A DNA stretch of 41,017 bases from Alloascoidea hylecoeti (GCA_001600815.1 BCKZ01000027.1:230000-271016), one strand, 5' to 3'; positions 1 to 13,202 are shown, counted from the stretch's first letter. Made by a program: numbers and translations. The notes: generated from the letters alone by a model not told the origin.

Positions 1-71
1 TCTCATTAAAATTCTATGGCTAGTGTCACAAAAATTATTGGTTTTTATATTTAACAAGAAGAAACAAAAAA

Positions 72-1442
72 ATGTCATATTCAACACAAAATTTTACAAG
101 AAATAATGAATCAAGATTATCATTTATTTGTGTTACCTGTTGTACAAAATTCCCAACTGCAGAACTTCAAAGAAAACATATGAAATCTGAATTTCATAGA
201 TATAATTTAAAAAGAAGAATATCAAATTTACCAAGTATTACTTCTGAAATATTTGTTGAAAAAGTTTTAAAACAACGTGAAGATGAAGAAATTGAAAGGA
301 AAAGAATTGATGAAAAAAAAAAAAAAAGAAAAAATAAAGGAAAATTACATATTGATAATAATAATCATAATGAAAATGAGTATGAAAGTTCATTTCCTAT
401 TGATCATATTAGCGTAAATTCTATTGAAAGAATATCAAGTCATAATTCACATTTTTCATTAGGGGAATCAATTGTTACATTATCAACTTTGGATAACAAT
501 AGTGATTATGATACTTCAGATGTTGAATATGGTTCTATTTCAAGTAAAGTTGATTGTATTCATAAAACTAGTGATATTTCAACAAATAGTTTATTTCAAA
601 CACAACAAGATTCAATTTCAATTTCAGAAAAGAGAGATGAAGATGAAGATGAACTTGAAAATGATAATGAAGGTAAAAATGAGAATTTCAAAACTCATTG
701 CATTTATTGTAATACAATTTCCAGAACAATTGAATTAAATATAACACATATGTTTCAAAAACATGGTATGTATATACCAGAAAAATCATATTTAATAGAT
801 TTAAATGGATTAATTAAGTATTTATTTGAAAAAATCAGATATGAATTTAAATGTAATTATTGTTCATTTAAAGGAAAAAGTTTAGAAAGTATTTTATCTC
901 ATGTTTTAATGAAAAATCATTCAATGATACCATATGAAACAATTGATGAAAGAAAAGAATTAGAATCATTTTATGATTATTCTTTAATTTATGGTAAAGA
1001 TTCAAAAAGGATAAATAAAAAATCCAAATTAAATGAAGTGATTAATTTTAATGAAAATGATTCAAACGATATCGATGGTTTGGAAGAAGTTAAAGAAGAA
1101 GAAGAAGAAGAAGAAGAAAATGATATGATTGCATATACAGATATTACAGGATGTGAATTGATTCTTCCTAATGGTAATTGTTTAGGCCATAGATCATTTG
1201 CACGTTATTATAGACAACATCTACGTCCTGATAGAGATCATACAAGTTCAAGAGAAGTTATTATTTCCCAGGAACGAAGAGAACACAATTTAGCAGTTTC
1301 TACAGAAATTTCAAAGGCTAGAGTAGCACAAAGAAATGAATGGAAAGCTAGTATAAAGAACGAACAAATTAAAGTCAGGTATAACGTAAAAAGAAAAAGC
1401 CTTGTGAATAATTTTAAACGGGCACCGGTATCATTATTTTGA
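72..1442 (+). CDS. REH1: C2H2 zinc-finger cytoplasmic pre-60S maturation factor, Rei1/Reh1 family (closer to Reh1)
   Basis: N-terminal CVTC...HMKSEFHRYNLKRRISNLP finger, CIYC...HMFQKHGMYIPE and CNYC...SH..KNH fingers, and C-terminal ELILPNG..LGHRSFARYYRQ; AAAAAAATG start context. The REH1-versus-REI1 assignment is tentative. Confidence 0.85.
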   Translation: MSYSTQNFTRNNESRLSFICVTCCTKFPTAELQRKHMKSEFHRYNLKRRISNLPSITSEIFVEKVLKQREDEEIERKRIDEKKKKRKNKGKLHIDNNNHNENEYESSFPIDHISVNSIERISSHNSHFSLGESIVTLSTLDNNSDYDTSDVEYGSISSKVDCIHKTSDISTNSLFQTQQDSISISEKRDEDEDELENDNEGKNENFKTHCIYCNTISRTIELNITHMFQKHGMYIPEKSYLIDLNGLIKYLFEKIRYEFKCNYCSFKGKSLESILSHVLMKNHSMIPYETIDERKELESFYDYSLIYGKDSKRINKKSKLNEVINFNENDSNDIDGLEEVKEEEEEEEENDMIAYTDITGCELILPNGNCLGHRSFARYYRQHLRPDRDHTSSREVIISQERREHNLAVSTEISKARVAQRNEWKASIKNEQIKVRYNVKRKSLVNNFKRAPVSLF

Positions 1443-1683
1443 GTCGTATGCATATATTGGACTATTATTAATATTTGATATTTGGTTCGTATAGTTTTCT
1501 TTACATTACTACAGGAAGTTATTTGTTTTGATATGGATATTGATTTAAATTTATATTAATTGAGGTGTACATATATAAATTTGGTTTGAGCCCATTTAAA
1601 CGCTAACATAACGCAAAAAGACAATAAGTTTTAGTTATAAATAAATAACAATACAAAGAACAACATTTTAATTTTGTGTAACG

Positions 1684-1875
1684 TTAAACCGTAATGTTAG
1701 CATGATGTCTCCTTCCGAAACAATGATGTCTTCTGTGAACTCTAGTTGTTGTTGTTGTCGCCATTCTTCTTCTATGGAAGATCCTTGGAAATCTTAAATG
1801 AATACCACTTGTGCCTGATCCTGCACTAGCGTGGTGAGTACCTGTAAGTGGATTTCTGTGAATATGTAAGCCCAT
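1684..1875 (-). CDS. Putative 63-aa His/Arg/Thr-rich microprotein of unknown function
   Basis: ATG preceded by AAAAA; visibly more GC-rich than the flanks; biased, internally repetitive peptide; convergent with the REH1-like gene. Confidence 0.5.
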   Translation of the reverse strand: MGLHIHRNPLTGTHHASAGSGTSGIHLRFPRIFHRRRMATTTTTRVHRRHHCFGRRHHANITV

Positions 1876-2296
1876 TTTTTAGAATTGATTATAAAGTAAT
1901 TTAATCTGATGAATATACATTATTATAGGAATAAATGGGGTTTTTATACACATTTGACAAGACAAAGAATGTTGCAATTAGATGATCACATATTATTTAT
2001 AATTATAATTCGATTTACGTAATGGGATACGTAATCATGCACGCTTAANCGAGATGGGCGGCATGCGTCTGCCCGCATAACTTTCCTGGAGTTAAACTAT
2101 ATTTAAAACTCTATCTTTTTATTTTTAGTTTTGTCTCTTTTTTTTCTTTCTTTCCTTTTTTTTTTTCTCTTCTCTCTTTCTCTTTTTTCTTTCAAATTAT
2201 TTTCATCTAATTTTTATCTCATTTATCTCACTTTTCAATCTTCTTTTTTTTCTCCTCGGTCCTATTGAGAATTTATTAACATTATAAATAATAATT

Positions 2297-2746
2297 ATGT
2301 CCGCATCTGATTCTACGTCTTGTTACGGCACTACTAAAAATGGTCAAAAAATACAAATGTTAATTCCCGCTCCCCAGCCGGTTATGAACGCCTGGAGTAA
2401 CAATGTCAAAACCTTATTATCTCAAATGGAGTCAACTAATTTGAAAGATAATAAACTATCAAATAAGAATACTATTAGTAAAACTAAAACTAATGATCAT
2501 AATGATCAGCCACATGAAGAAGAAAAGAAAAAGGAACAAGAGAAATCCGTACCCTCACCCTCAATGATCAAGGAAAACGTGAAGGGAAATTCCGATAATG
2601 GGGTGCATCATAATCAAAATGAAAATGGTCAATCCAAAAAATCGAATATTCATGATTCTAAGAATAATAGGCGGAACGTTAACAATAAGAACAATTCGAC
2701 ACAAAATTCAACTAAAACCACTGGAAAACAAAATATTATTAATAAT

Positions 2747-2792
<46 letters not shown>

Positions 2793-3619
2793 GCACAAGA
2801 AAGAATAATAATCCAAGTCAAAATACAAATCAAAACCATAATCATAATCAACATCAAGTTAATTCCTTACCAAAAACTCCAAAATTCAATAAAAATAAAA
2901 CCCCTAATCATAACAATCATAATAATCACAAAACCCCTTATCTTTATCCATCATTGAGTAGAAATCCATCGAATAAACCTCAATACACACTTCCAATTCC
3001 TTATCCATTTCAATATCAAAATCAAGTTCAAATGATAACATCTTTGAACTATGGTTATCATCTTCAATTACAATCACAACAAATGCAATTATATCAACAA
3101 CAATTGCTTGATTTACAAAATTATCAATTGTTATTAATAAAAATTTCAAAACAAATTGATTTTTATTTTAGTAACGAAAATTTAAAACAAGGTGATTTAT
3201 ATTTACAAAATTTAATTTCTGAATCATACTATAAATTTAAATATGATGGTTATATTGATTTAAATTTAATTTTTAATTTTAAAAGAATTCAACTTTTAAC
3301 AAATAAAAACTATCAAACTTTTATTGATTCTTTATCATATTGTAAGAATATTAATATTGATTTAATTAATTGGAAAATCAGAGTTAAAGATAATTGGAAA
3401 AAATGGTTATTAAAAAATTATAATCATGATAATGATGATGATGAAAATAAAATTAATAATCTTACAGAACAAAGACAAAATTTAAATGAAGATAAAAATT
3501 TAAATATTCAAAATGGTGAAAGAAGTAGAAAATCATATACTTCAGATCCAGAAACTGATATTGAACGTGATAATGATACAAGAACTTCAAGTATGACTTC
3601 AGCAAGTACTACTAATTAA
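2297..3619 (+). CDS. SRO9: La-motif RNA-binding protein, Sro9/Slf1 family
   Basis: N-terminal LIPAPQPVMNAW motif; La motif KQIDFYFSNENL..DLYL...GYIDLNLIFNFKRIQLLT...IRVKDNWKKW; Asn-rich linker with an (AAT)n tract. Confidence 0.85.
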
Positions 3620-4135
3620 TATCATAATTAATCTTTAGATTTTGTCATGTAAATACCAATTGAAAGCATTTTTGTATTTATTTCTATTTCTATTTTACTT
3701 TTTATCCTTTATACTTGATTCTTTCATTTGAATTTGAATTTAAGATTTTAATTTATCGTATCGTTATCCATTTACCATTATTTATATTTATATTCCACTA
3801 TATAAAACTAATTCCCTTTCACTATGATTTGTTTATTACTTATAGTTTACAGGAGTTTGTTTGCTATCGTTATTGTCTTTGATATTTTATTGCAATTGCC
3901 TTGAGCTTTTATATTTTTATTATATTTATTTCATTTTACTTAATTATTCTTATTTTTTTATTTCTTTTACTTATTTATTTAAAGCTTAAAAATAATTCAA
4001 GAAAAGAAAAAAGGTCCTTTAAAATGAAATTTATCAATGTTTAACTAGTTATCATAAAAATTATTGAAATTTTTATCCGAAATTTAAAAACAGAACTGCT
4101 TTTTTACCATAACTTATACTATAAAAATTAATTAT

Positions 4136-4137
<2 letters not shown>

Positions 4138-4170
<33 letters not shown>

Positions 4171-4182
4171 AACAACAATAAC
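4138..4182. repeat. (AAC)n/(AAT) trinucleotide microsatellite
   Basis: About 10 perfect AAC units followed by mixed AAT/AAC units. Confidence 0.9.
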
Positions 4183-5879
4183 ACGTACGCGATCCTACTA
4201 TTACGCGTTATATAAAAAATTTATATGAAATTTAATTTGCTATTTACTATAAAATGATTTATATATAATTGACTAAATTTATATTTATTTATATATATAT
4301 TTTTTTAAAAAAGTCTTTAATGCTATATTGTATTTGTGAAATCTATCAACTTAATAAAAATTGATATTATTGTGTTCGGGTTTAATTTTTCCCACGTGTG
4401 TACGGCATTTTACTCTCAAACAGTACACTAATCTAACAGCAATGAAATCGATACTAAACTTTATGGAAATACGGTAACCATGGGGAGAGAAGATATAACG
4501 GCTGTGGTAAATGAAAGCTGATCACACCCAGTTTAAGCGTACATAGCATTATTAAACAAACTTGCTAAAATGTTGAATAATAAAGATTCTAATCATTTAC
4601 TACTGGAGTAATAATTTGGTCACAACTCTATGGACTTTATCGCACAAAATGTAACTCCTGATTTTATATTACTATTAATATGGAACTTGTCCATGGAGTT
4701 AGCGAACAAAAAAGGGGGCTAGAATAGTGTCTGCATCGCGTAATAAAATAATAGAAACAATGAAAATGAATATGCAATCCCTATCAAGAATGTCTAGATC
4801 TGAGGGATCGAAAACACAATAACTTCACCAGAAATGAAGAACTCTCTCGAATATTTACGATCATGACTCTTCTTTGTTCTTAGCTTCGATGGTAACTTGC
4901 TGAAGATTAAAGATTTCACTTGTAATCAAAAATATACTGAATTCTATTCAAAATGTATTATTTACTTGTTTAAAGTAACATCTTCTGAGTTTTATATCCC
5001 TGAAATTATTTTCACCCGGGTTTGTTTCTGTCGCATGGCTTATAATTATTCATCACGATCAACGTGGGTGAACATTAAGTTCAAATTATGATCGAAATTA
5101 AGTCGCTTCATTTACATATTAAAGACGAGGGAAAAAATAGATAAATGATAAATGTAATTTTTGTGCTTTCAAATTAATTTTTACACTTTTTGTTTTTTGT
5201 ATTCCTTAATTATTATTTGCAAATAGTTTATGTGCGTATAGGCAAGTATTAAGACTTACCTTATTTGGATGAGTACATGCATCTGAAAATTTCCGCATGT
5301 AGTAATTTGAATTACTCTCTTGATTATTAGAGTATATAATTATCTAGGACAACAACACTAGACCCTTTTTTTTTCCCGAACGTCAGATTTTCTTTAAATT
5401 TTACCGTTAGATTCCTTGAATCGACTGGACAATAATATCTGATTTTCATGATTGAATTAACAAAATGTGTCGAGAAAATCGCGTTTTAATGGTTTTCCTC
5501 ATAGTTAATTCTCAAAACTTTTTTTTTTTGGTTCTTCTACACGAAGAAATAAAAATTTCGTCTGTCAAAATATTTAAATTTTCTCATCTGGCTCCTTGAT
5601 TTGCATTCTTTAATATGTCTAAATTTCAAAGTTCGCATTTTTTATTTGCTTCTGTTTCAAGCGTTTTAATATTTTTCTGTTGTAGTTTCTCCATACTTAA
5701 AATATAATTTATTTTTATCCTTTTTTAACATCATGCATGTTGTAGATATTGTTTTTATTTTTATTTTTGAGGAACTGAATCAATAATCTAACCTAATTAT
5801 CTAGGGTATAAATTCGGGAATCGTGTTTAGATATTCGTGGAAAAAACGCTTGTGACCAAATAATTATTGCTAAATACTT

Positions 5880-6911
5880 GATCATTTGTTTCGAAAATGT
5901 TCTCTATAATCTTGAATCAAATCAACCATCTGAAGATAAAAAATATTGATAGATATATTGGTAAATATATTGAAAATGATCTTGTTTTTGGAGTTAAAAT
6001 ACCTGGTCATTTGGGAACATCTATATCTGAAAATGAATAAATAAATTCTATATTAAATGAATTAAAGAGAACCTATGAAGAGAGATCTATGAGGGCTACT
6101 TCTAGTGAATATTGGAAAAGATGATATTGGAACTTATTTCGGAAGATCTGATAAAGCTCATATCCATAATAAATATGATGACAGTGAATATGATTATAAT
6201 TAGGATTATAAACTTAAAAATGTTAAACAAACATTTCAAGAGGATTTAATTAATAAAAAGTTAAATGATAAAACAACTCTTTATATTCTAATGTATTTTA
6301 ATCAATTTATAATGATTTCGAATCCTGTTGAAGAAAATTTACATTTAAAACCATTTATTGCTGATATGTTTAATGATTTGCTTAAATTTATATCTTCATC
6401 GAAACGACATGAGAATAATGTCCCTGAGGATGTAGCTGATATCATAGATGATGATCATAAACAAATTACTATAAAAATATAAATATGGGGCCCCCTTGTT
6501 ACAGAATACATTAAAATATTAAGGGTACTTTCTGCACATTCACAGGAATATGATTGTGTTATTAATGGATGAATTTTATTTGAAACAGCGTTGGTTCAGA
6601 AGAGAATTGATATCATTCAACATATTCTTGATTTATTATGTCCTTTTTGTAATAAAAATAAAATTCCAAGAAGGAGATTGTACCTTGACTATAAGTCACT
6701 TAGGAGTATTAGAAATATTTTTCACATTAATGGATTTATGATTCTGAAGCATAATAAGCGAAACGTTGATCGATCTGAACAATTGGATAGGCTAGAAGAA
6801 TTACATTGTTTACTTTCAGGATTGAAGTTCTGTTGTCTATATTGCGATTCACCTATCGTTTTTCCGTTCAAAAGGTATACACCCACAAAGTTCTTTCATA
6901 TAGGCATATAG
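5880..6911 (+). pseudogene. Decayed coding remnant of an unknown protein with CxxC motifs
   Basis: Protein-like frames chained across stops and frameshifts (NIDRYIGKYIENDLVFGVKIPGHLG.../...MYFNQF.../...LCPFC...CCLYCDSP); includes ORF-track fragments 6291-6482 and 6591-6911. Confidence 0.45.
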
Positions 6912-7418
6912 GCATATACCGGTATATAAACGAGTCAAACATTAGAATTAATTTTCACATTACATAATATATATTAAAGTAGGAAATTACTTTGTAGGGA
7001 GTAATATAATTATCTGAAGCTCCTCTATCCAATTATATAATTTATATTTTTATTACGACTAATTTCGCGACTTAACCAGCAGCATTACTACCGCAAGTTT
7101 TTAATAATTATTCTACCACCTTCGGAATTCGGGTCACGATTTTGGAGTTGAAATCTTCGTTAATTCTGTCAAGAGGCTACACAATGACTAACAAAAAAAA
7201 AGACATAATAACATATATAATATTTAGTAGGTATGGAACAGCCATTAATTGTTCTTAAACATGAGCGAACATTAGTACAGGTAGAAAAAATAAGTGAGCA
7301 GTCGATTCAGAAAGGCTTATGAATTTTAAGTAGATTGATCAAATACATATTTACATATATATCATATTTTTTTTTTATATTTGCAGTTCCAATATATAAA
7401 TATATATAAGAGCATAAA

Positions 7419-8633
7419 TTATATTGGAATATAATAATGATCACCTTTCTTAGTTACATAAATTTTATCACCAATATGAATCACGTATCCTTTCTCTTTA
7501 TTTGTTGCATTGACACCAAAACAGGGGTGATATGGAGCACCAGGATCAACACGTCGATATGATTGTAGAGTTTTATATGGTTCATGTGTTTTTTCCATGG
7601 CCCCTTTTAAAGGATCAACATTTGGAACAGAACAGCGAACATTTCGACAGTTAACATATAATGTGTGCTCAAGGTTAAGATAGTTGTCATGATCAGATTC
7701 TAGTTGGGAATTTGAACTTGATATAGTTATAGTTTTCCAAATATCTTCCATATATGGTTCTTTAGCTTCATAAATAACAAAATTTGGTCGAAATCGAATA
7801 GAACTTACTTCCAAAATTTTTTTTTGAAGTCTTTGATTAAGATCATTTAATGATGTTTTGGTTATCAAATGAATTGGAAAATAATCTTGAAATGATGAAA
7901 CAACATTCCAGTTTAATTCTGGTTGTCCTCTTGTTACAGGTCTTCTTTCCTTTGGAGCAAGAAGAACTGTTGATTCTGGAAGATTACAGTGTTTTTTGAA
8001 ATCTTCTGGGATACCACCTTCTACAACAAATGCTTTAATTTTTGCTCCCCATATAGTAACATCAATAACCTTGTTCAATTGGCTCGAATCAATATTTAAA
8101 GGGACGGAAAATTGATGATTATAATCATCATTATCATTATCACTGTATTTAATTTGAATGACATTTTTTAACTCATCAATTGTAACTTCTGTAAGGGATA
8201 ACTTTGGACATTCTCTTTGAGAAAGTAGTTTATAACCACCGGTTTTATCTTTTGAGTCTAAAGTTGCAAGCATATATTTTCTATCATATTTCATTCCATA
8301 ATCATCAAGAGCCCAAGATTTACATTTTATTGCATTTAATGATTTTATTGGAAAAACATAAATTTCACCAATGTATCCAACATACTCTTTGTGTATAAGC
8401 AAAGACAAATTTTTAAAAAAATATCCTGAACCGAAGGATTGAATTATTGATTTCAATTCAGATATAATTGATACTGACCGAATAGATTGACCATGGTCAT
8501 TAGATCCTAAGAAGTTTAATTTCCAATTGTAAGCATGAGATAGTAAGAATACTGAAGAAACCGTGAGTAAAGATATAGTTGCAATTAAGTAGCTATTTGA
8601 AAAATCAATATTATACATGTGTGTAGAAAGCAT
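7419..8633 (-). CDS. MOSC-domain protein (mARC-like molybdenum enzyme) with N-terminal membrane anchor
   Basis: IYVFPIKSL, YDRKYML, LSQRECPKL, FQDYFPIHLITKTSLNDLN, RFRPNFVI, RCSVPNVDP, EPYKTLQSYR, FGVN, IHIGD; hydrophobic N-terminal segment. Confidence 0.92.
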   Translation of the reverse strand: MLSTHMYNIDFSNSYLIATISLLTVSSVFLLSHAYNWKLNFLGSNDHGQSIRSVSIISELKSIIQSFGSGYFFKNLSLLIHKEYVGYIGEIYVFPIKSLNAIKCKSWALDDYGMKYDRKYMLATLDSKDKTGGYKLLSQRECPKLSLTEVTIDELKNVIQIKYSDNDNDDYNHQFSVPLNIDSSQLNKVIDVTIWGAKIKAFVVEGGIPEDFKKHCNLPESTVLLAPKERRPVTRGQPELNWNVVSSFQDYFPIHLITKTSLNDLNQRLQKKILEVSSIRFRPNFVIYEAKEPYMEDIWKTITISSSNSQLESDHDNYLNLEHTLYVNCRNVRCSVPNVDPLKGAMEKTHEPYKTLQSYRRVDPGAPYHPCFGVNATNKEKGYVIHIGDKIYVTKKGDHYYIPI

Positions 8634-8716
8634 ATTGATCCTTATAACTTATATGGTATAATTAACTAATATAACTAAAGGCTTATCTTATAATAGGTAT
8701 GTTACTATGTTAAAGC

Positions 8717-8724
8717 CCGGGTAA
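8717..8724 (-). promoter_or_regulatory. Reb1-type site (TTACCCGG) upstream of the MOSC gene
   Basis: CCGGGTAA 84 nt upstream of the ATG; the same motif occurs at a similar distance in other promoters here. Confidence 0.6.
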
Positions 8725-10519
8725 TGGAACTTGTCTCATACTCTATGATCAATATGCCGAAAATGCATTAATGCTAATAGTAACATCATAGCTACTGTTG
8801 ATAGATAAATATGAATAAATAGTAAGACATCGATATAACCATCTAATCAGCGTTGATGGTTTACAACTTCACATGCAAATGATACACTTTCAGCTTGGTG
8901 TACATGCCCGTGACTATTGTTTTGAGGATGACACATTTGGGTGCATAAATAATGACGACTATAGTCAGAAGGCCAAATAATCCAAATTTGGTTTATAAAG
9001 ATGACTTGGATCAGATGCTAATTGACGAATTCAAAAAATGTACAATAAACGGTGTCATGAAAAGATGTTTCAAAATATTTGGGGAGTAAGTGATTTGTTA
9101 CTCTGATGAGGGTTTAACCTTTCGATTACAAAAATGTTAATTATGGAGTGCATGCTATGATTTTTTGGTAGCTAACTTTAGAACCCTCTGACTTACCTCG
9201 AATGACGTAACAATTGGGTTCTCTAATGGGGTTTCTATGACCCTCAGATTCCATGCTTTTCATCGTGACCGTTTAACTACGTACATATAAGACCTTATAG
9301 CGTCAGAAAATTAAAATCATCAATGGATGGCCATGGGGGAATCAAAATACCCGAAAGTCAATCACTGTAAAAGGAAATAAAACGTTTAACAAATTAAGAA
9401 TATGCTCGCTGGGTATAAAGTCAATTGCAAAGTTCAAGTTAAATAATAATTTATAAGTGAAGTACTTATGGTGATGAAATAATGCGCTATTCCATGAGTG
9501 ATCAAACTTAAGGACATAAATGGAAATAAACTACAACTGATCATTAAAAAAGTATGTTGTAGGAGTAAAGAGTGTCCATGGTCATATGCGAATACATGAA
9601 TTTGAAGGTCCTAAAAACCCCGGACCCACGGAAAATTTATGCTCCTATAATACACAAGGCTGATCCATTCTAGACTGTAGTTACTGATATAACTAATAGC
9701 TCACACAGCTGATATTATACTCGGAGCAATGATTGTTATATATTCTACAGTGTAAGCTACAAGGTTATTCTGAGATCCTATTTATAGAAAATGAGCTCGT
9801 ACTTTAAAAGGAAGAGCTCCTATCAACAGTTTTGATTGTAACTATAAGTTATTCAGTGTGCCAATATAGAATTTTATTAATATGTAGCAAGCTTTAATAA
9901 GATATGCATATAAGAACTTTGGGATAAAAAAACACATTGCATATGCATATTCTTATTAGATCTCTCAGCCATACTAGTTATTATGATACTTATTAAAGCA
10001 TATATCCAATACTTTGGGCTTGATTCTCATAAAGATTCAACATCTTTCATGTGATAAAATAAGATTAATGAGTGATTCCTATAATGAGTTATTCGTTATA
10101 AAGTAAATTTAAAAAAAAATAAAAAGAATAAATTTAAAGGGAGCTTGTTGTAATTACTTTTAATTAGGACAGACTATAACTAATACTCAAACACAATAAT
10201 CAATCTCAATTCTTTAATATTTCGATATCAAACATCAATTTTGTAATTGACCAGCTATAAGCTGATACCCAATAAGTTTTATTAAAGGGAATATATACCG
10301 TAATAATATATATATATAAACAGTCTAATCTTTCCTATGCTATTACTATACTGGAAACATATTAGTGACCAATCTAATATAACAAACTTGAATATAACAG
10401 ATGTCTCATTAACCTTATATATTGTATTATTTAAGCTTAAGCGCTAGCTATAGAATTTATTTAATTTTATCTAAGTTGTATTAAAGATACATAATAAACA
10501 ATGAATTTAATTTTCTTTT

Positions 10520-12830
10520 CGTTATTGAACTGTAGTTTCCTCAAGTTCCGCTTTATTATCGAGCATTGTATCTTTTAATTTATTAAGCTTAGTCGGTTTA
10601 ATAGCTTCGATGAGTTCATTGATAGAAGTAGTCGACTCCTCTCACTCATAAATTGCAAGCTCAATTATTTCTAGATCTTTAAATTCTATATTTTTATCCT
10701 TAATTAGCTTCCTAAGTTCAAGCTTAATCAATTATTCAAGTTTCATTCTTTCTTTGGTATCAATCAGAAGTTCGACAAAAGCGTGTTTGCTCATCAAGTT
10801 CATTTCCTACCTTAAGCTCAGGCAGTTCTTTCAGCCATATTTCTTCTTCAAGTTCATTCCCTGCTTCAATCTCAGTTGACTCCTCAAGCATTAGTATTAA
10901 ATCCAATTCTGATGATGATAGCGATCCATGTGATGCAAATCATGAGAATATCCTTAATTTCACTTCAAATTGCATGGTTATATTATATATTAATAACTTT
11001 ATATTTGAATTCAAAAAGTTTCTTCTCCAAATAATTCTCAGTATACCAACTTAATTCATCAATACTTTCCAAAATATCATCCTTTGCTATATGTTTTCCA
11101 CTCTTTTTTGGTCTTTGTTTCATCAATTTTAAATTATGTCTTAATCCAATTTCATTTAATGAACCAACATCAATCATCCTTGATCCAAGTAATAATAATG
11201 TCTAGAGCATATCTCTATCAATAAATGATCTATCAAACCAGACACTACTATCTGGTGTGCCTACCAGGCCCACATTTTAATTAATAATCGTTGAACATAT
11301 TGAGAAAATAAATTTACTAATATAATTTGCAAGTATTTCTTTTTTCATCAGTTATACTAATTGTAATTGAAGTATCTTGATCTTCACATTCTTGATTTAT
11401 CTTGATGATATTTTATCCAATGATCCATTTTTGAAAGTGCTGAATCAGATTCATGACTGACACGATTAGAACCTGATTTATCAATTAAATCTAAGTCCTT
11501 TGTTAGAAAAGAACTTATTTCTATCGTAACATCCGATTTTTTATCGACACCAGTTATTTCTAGTCAATCCAAACTATTGATCTTGGATATTTTTCAGGCT
11601 AATTTGAGGGCAACAATATAGATTTCTATTTGGGATAACTCACAGATGGTGTCAAAGGTATATTATCTGGTGAAAGAACTGGGGGTGTTTGAGTAGCGAT
11701 GTTAGAAGAGCTGAGACTTCCATCTGGTGTTGAATTGGCAGTCACAATCATTAAAAATATTTTAGTGTCCATCAAATCTTCAGAAAGACCATCGTCTGCA
11801 AGTGGTTTTGTATATACTGTTGCAATTTGTTTCTTATGCTCATCTAGTATAAGTTTGATATGTTGACTCCTTACAAGATCACTAGTAGTATTATCGACGC
11901 TTGAAGTATCATCTAAATTTGGTGCCTGAGGTTTAAGATTAGCTTATTCTTCTTCCGATGTTTTACTTATCATTGTATTCAGTTCACCCTCAGAAAGACC
12001 ATCCAGAACTTCTGCAAGTACTATTTCCATTGATCTCTTAGCTATAGCTGAATTCTTATAGATTGTAGCTTTGACTTCATCATGAATAGTAATAGTATTA
12101 TTGATGTTTGAAGAATCATCTAAATTTGGTACTGGAGCTTGAAGATTAGATTTCTTCTTCTTCTGATGTCGATATCAATTCACTTCCTCATAGAATTCAT
12201 TTCATCCTCATTCTTAGAAATACCATCTGCAATTTATAATTATACTACCACAGGTACTTATTGATTAATCTATAATATGATAGGTGCATTTACATAATAT
12301 ATCAAAAATTTCAAAAAATTAGAAAATAAAGGTAAACAATTTATAAACTTATGCATTTTAGTAGATCACCAAGTGGAGAATCAGACAATTGCGCAATGTT
12401 TTCTTCATGATATCAAGCTTTTTATCGTTGAAACTCTTCTTGTAGATGCATTTGGCCTTGAAGTTCATTTTTATTTCTTCAAACATATATTTTACTGGAT
12501 TTTCTCTAACGCAATATTGCAAAATGTTGCAAGTATGCTAATTAAGCACATTTTCTAATGTTTTTGAATATTTTCAAGTACAAGTGTGATCAGGTTGTGA
12601 GCCAATAAAATATTTTTTATACATATCCAATTGAAACTGCTGGATGAGAAAAGTTTTACTTGCCTCATCTTTTTCCTTTAGCATCCTACTCTCTGTAATT
12701 AACCAATTGCAAATTGTCTTTTCATAGAAGCCTATAAGTTACATATCCATCCATGAGTAGGGATGGATCAACTTAGAAATAGACACAAATCCCACTGGTA
12801 CTAGCAAATGGACATTCTCATATTTCAGGA
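10520..12830 (-). pseudogene. Decayed gene with an internal ~205-bp repeat and a coiled-coil-like C-terminus
   Basis: Minus-strand frames with many stops; duplicated motif (TSEEE.SNLQAPVPNLDDSSNINNT / TSEEE*ANLKPQAPNLDDTSSVDNT at ~12087-12170 and ~11881-11962); E/K/L-rich tail at 10520-10860. Boundaries approximate. Confidence 0.5.
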
Positions 12831-13202
12831 ATACATTTAATATTAATTTTATTTTTATTGTATTTATATTTGTTACATGATCACTTCAACCATTTAAACC
12901 AGCGTTTTCCTTTGCCGGCACCTGTTGGAATTCTCCTTATCCTTTAGGAAAAATATATAAGAATTGAGAGCCTGAGACAGTCTGCGTATATTCCTCTTTT
13001 GACTATTAAAAAAGAGTATAACCCATACCATTCTTATTATTGACATTTGTTTAGCATCTAAAAATACACATCAACAATCATAAATAATAGTGATTTATCA
13101 ATAAACATATGCATGATGAAGACATGCATCCACGCAGATACTACTACTAGTAAAATGTAATAATGCAACTTCCTATTTAATAACTATACATACTTCATGC
13201 AA

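Noticed and set aside
2049..2049. Single N base next to a short GC-rich imperfect palindrome
   Set aside because: An assembly ambiguity or gap; no feature can be supported, and contiguity across it is uncertain.
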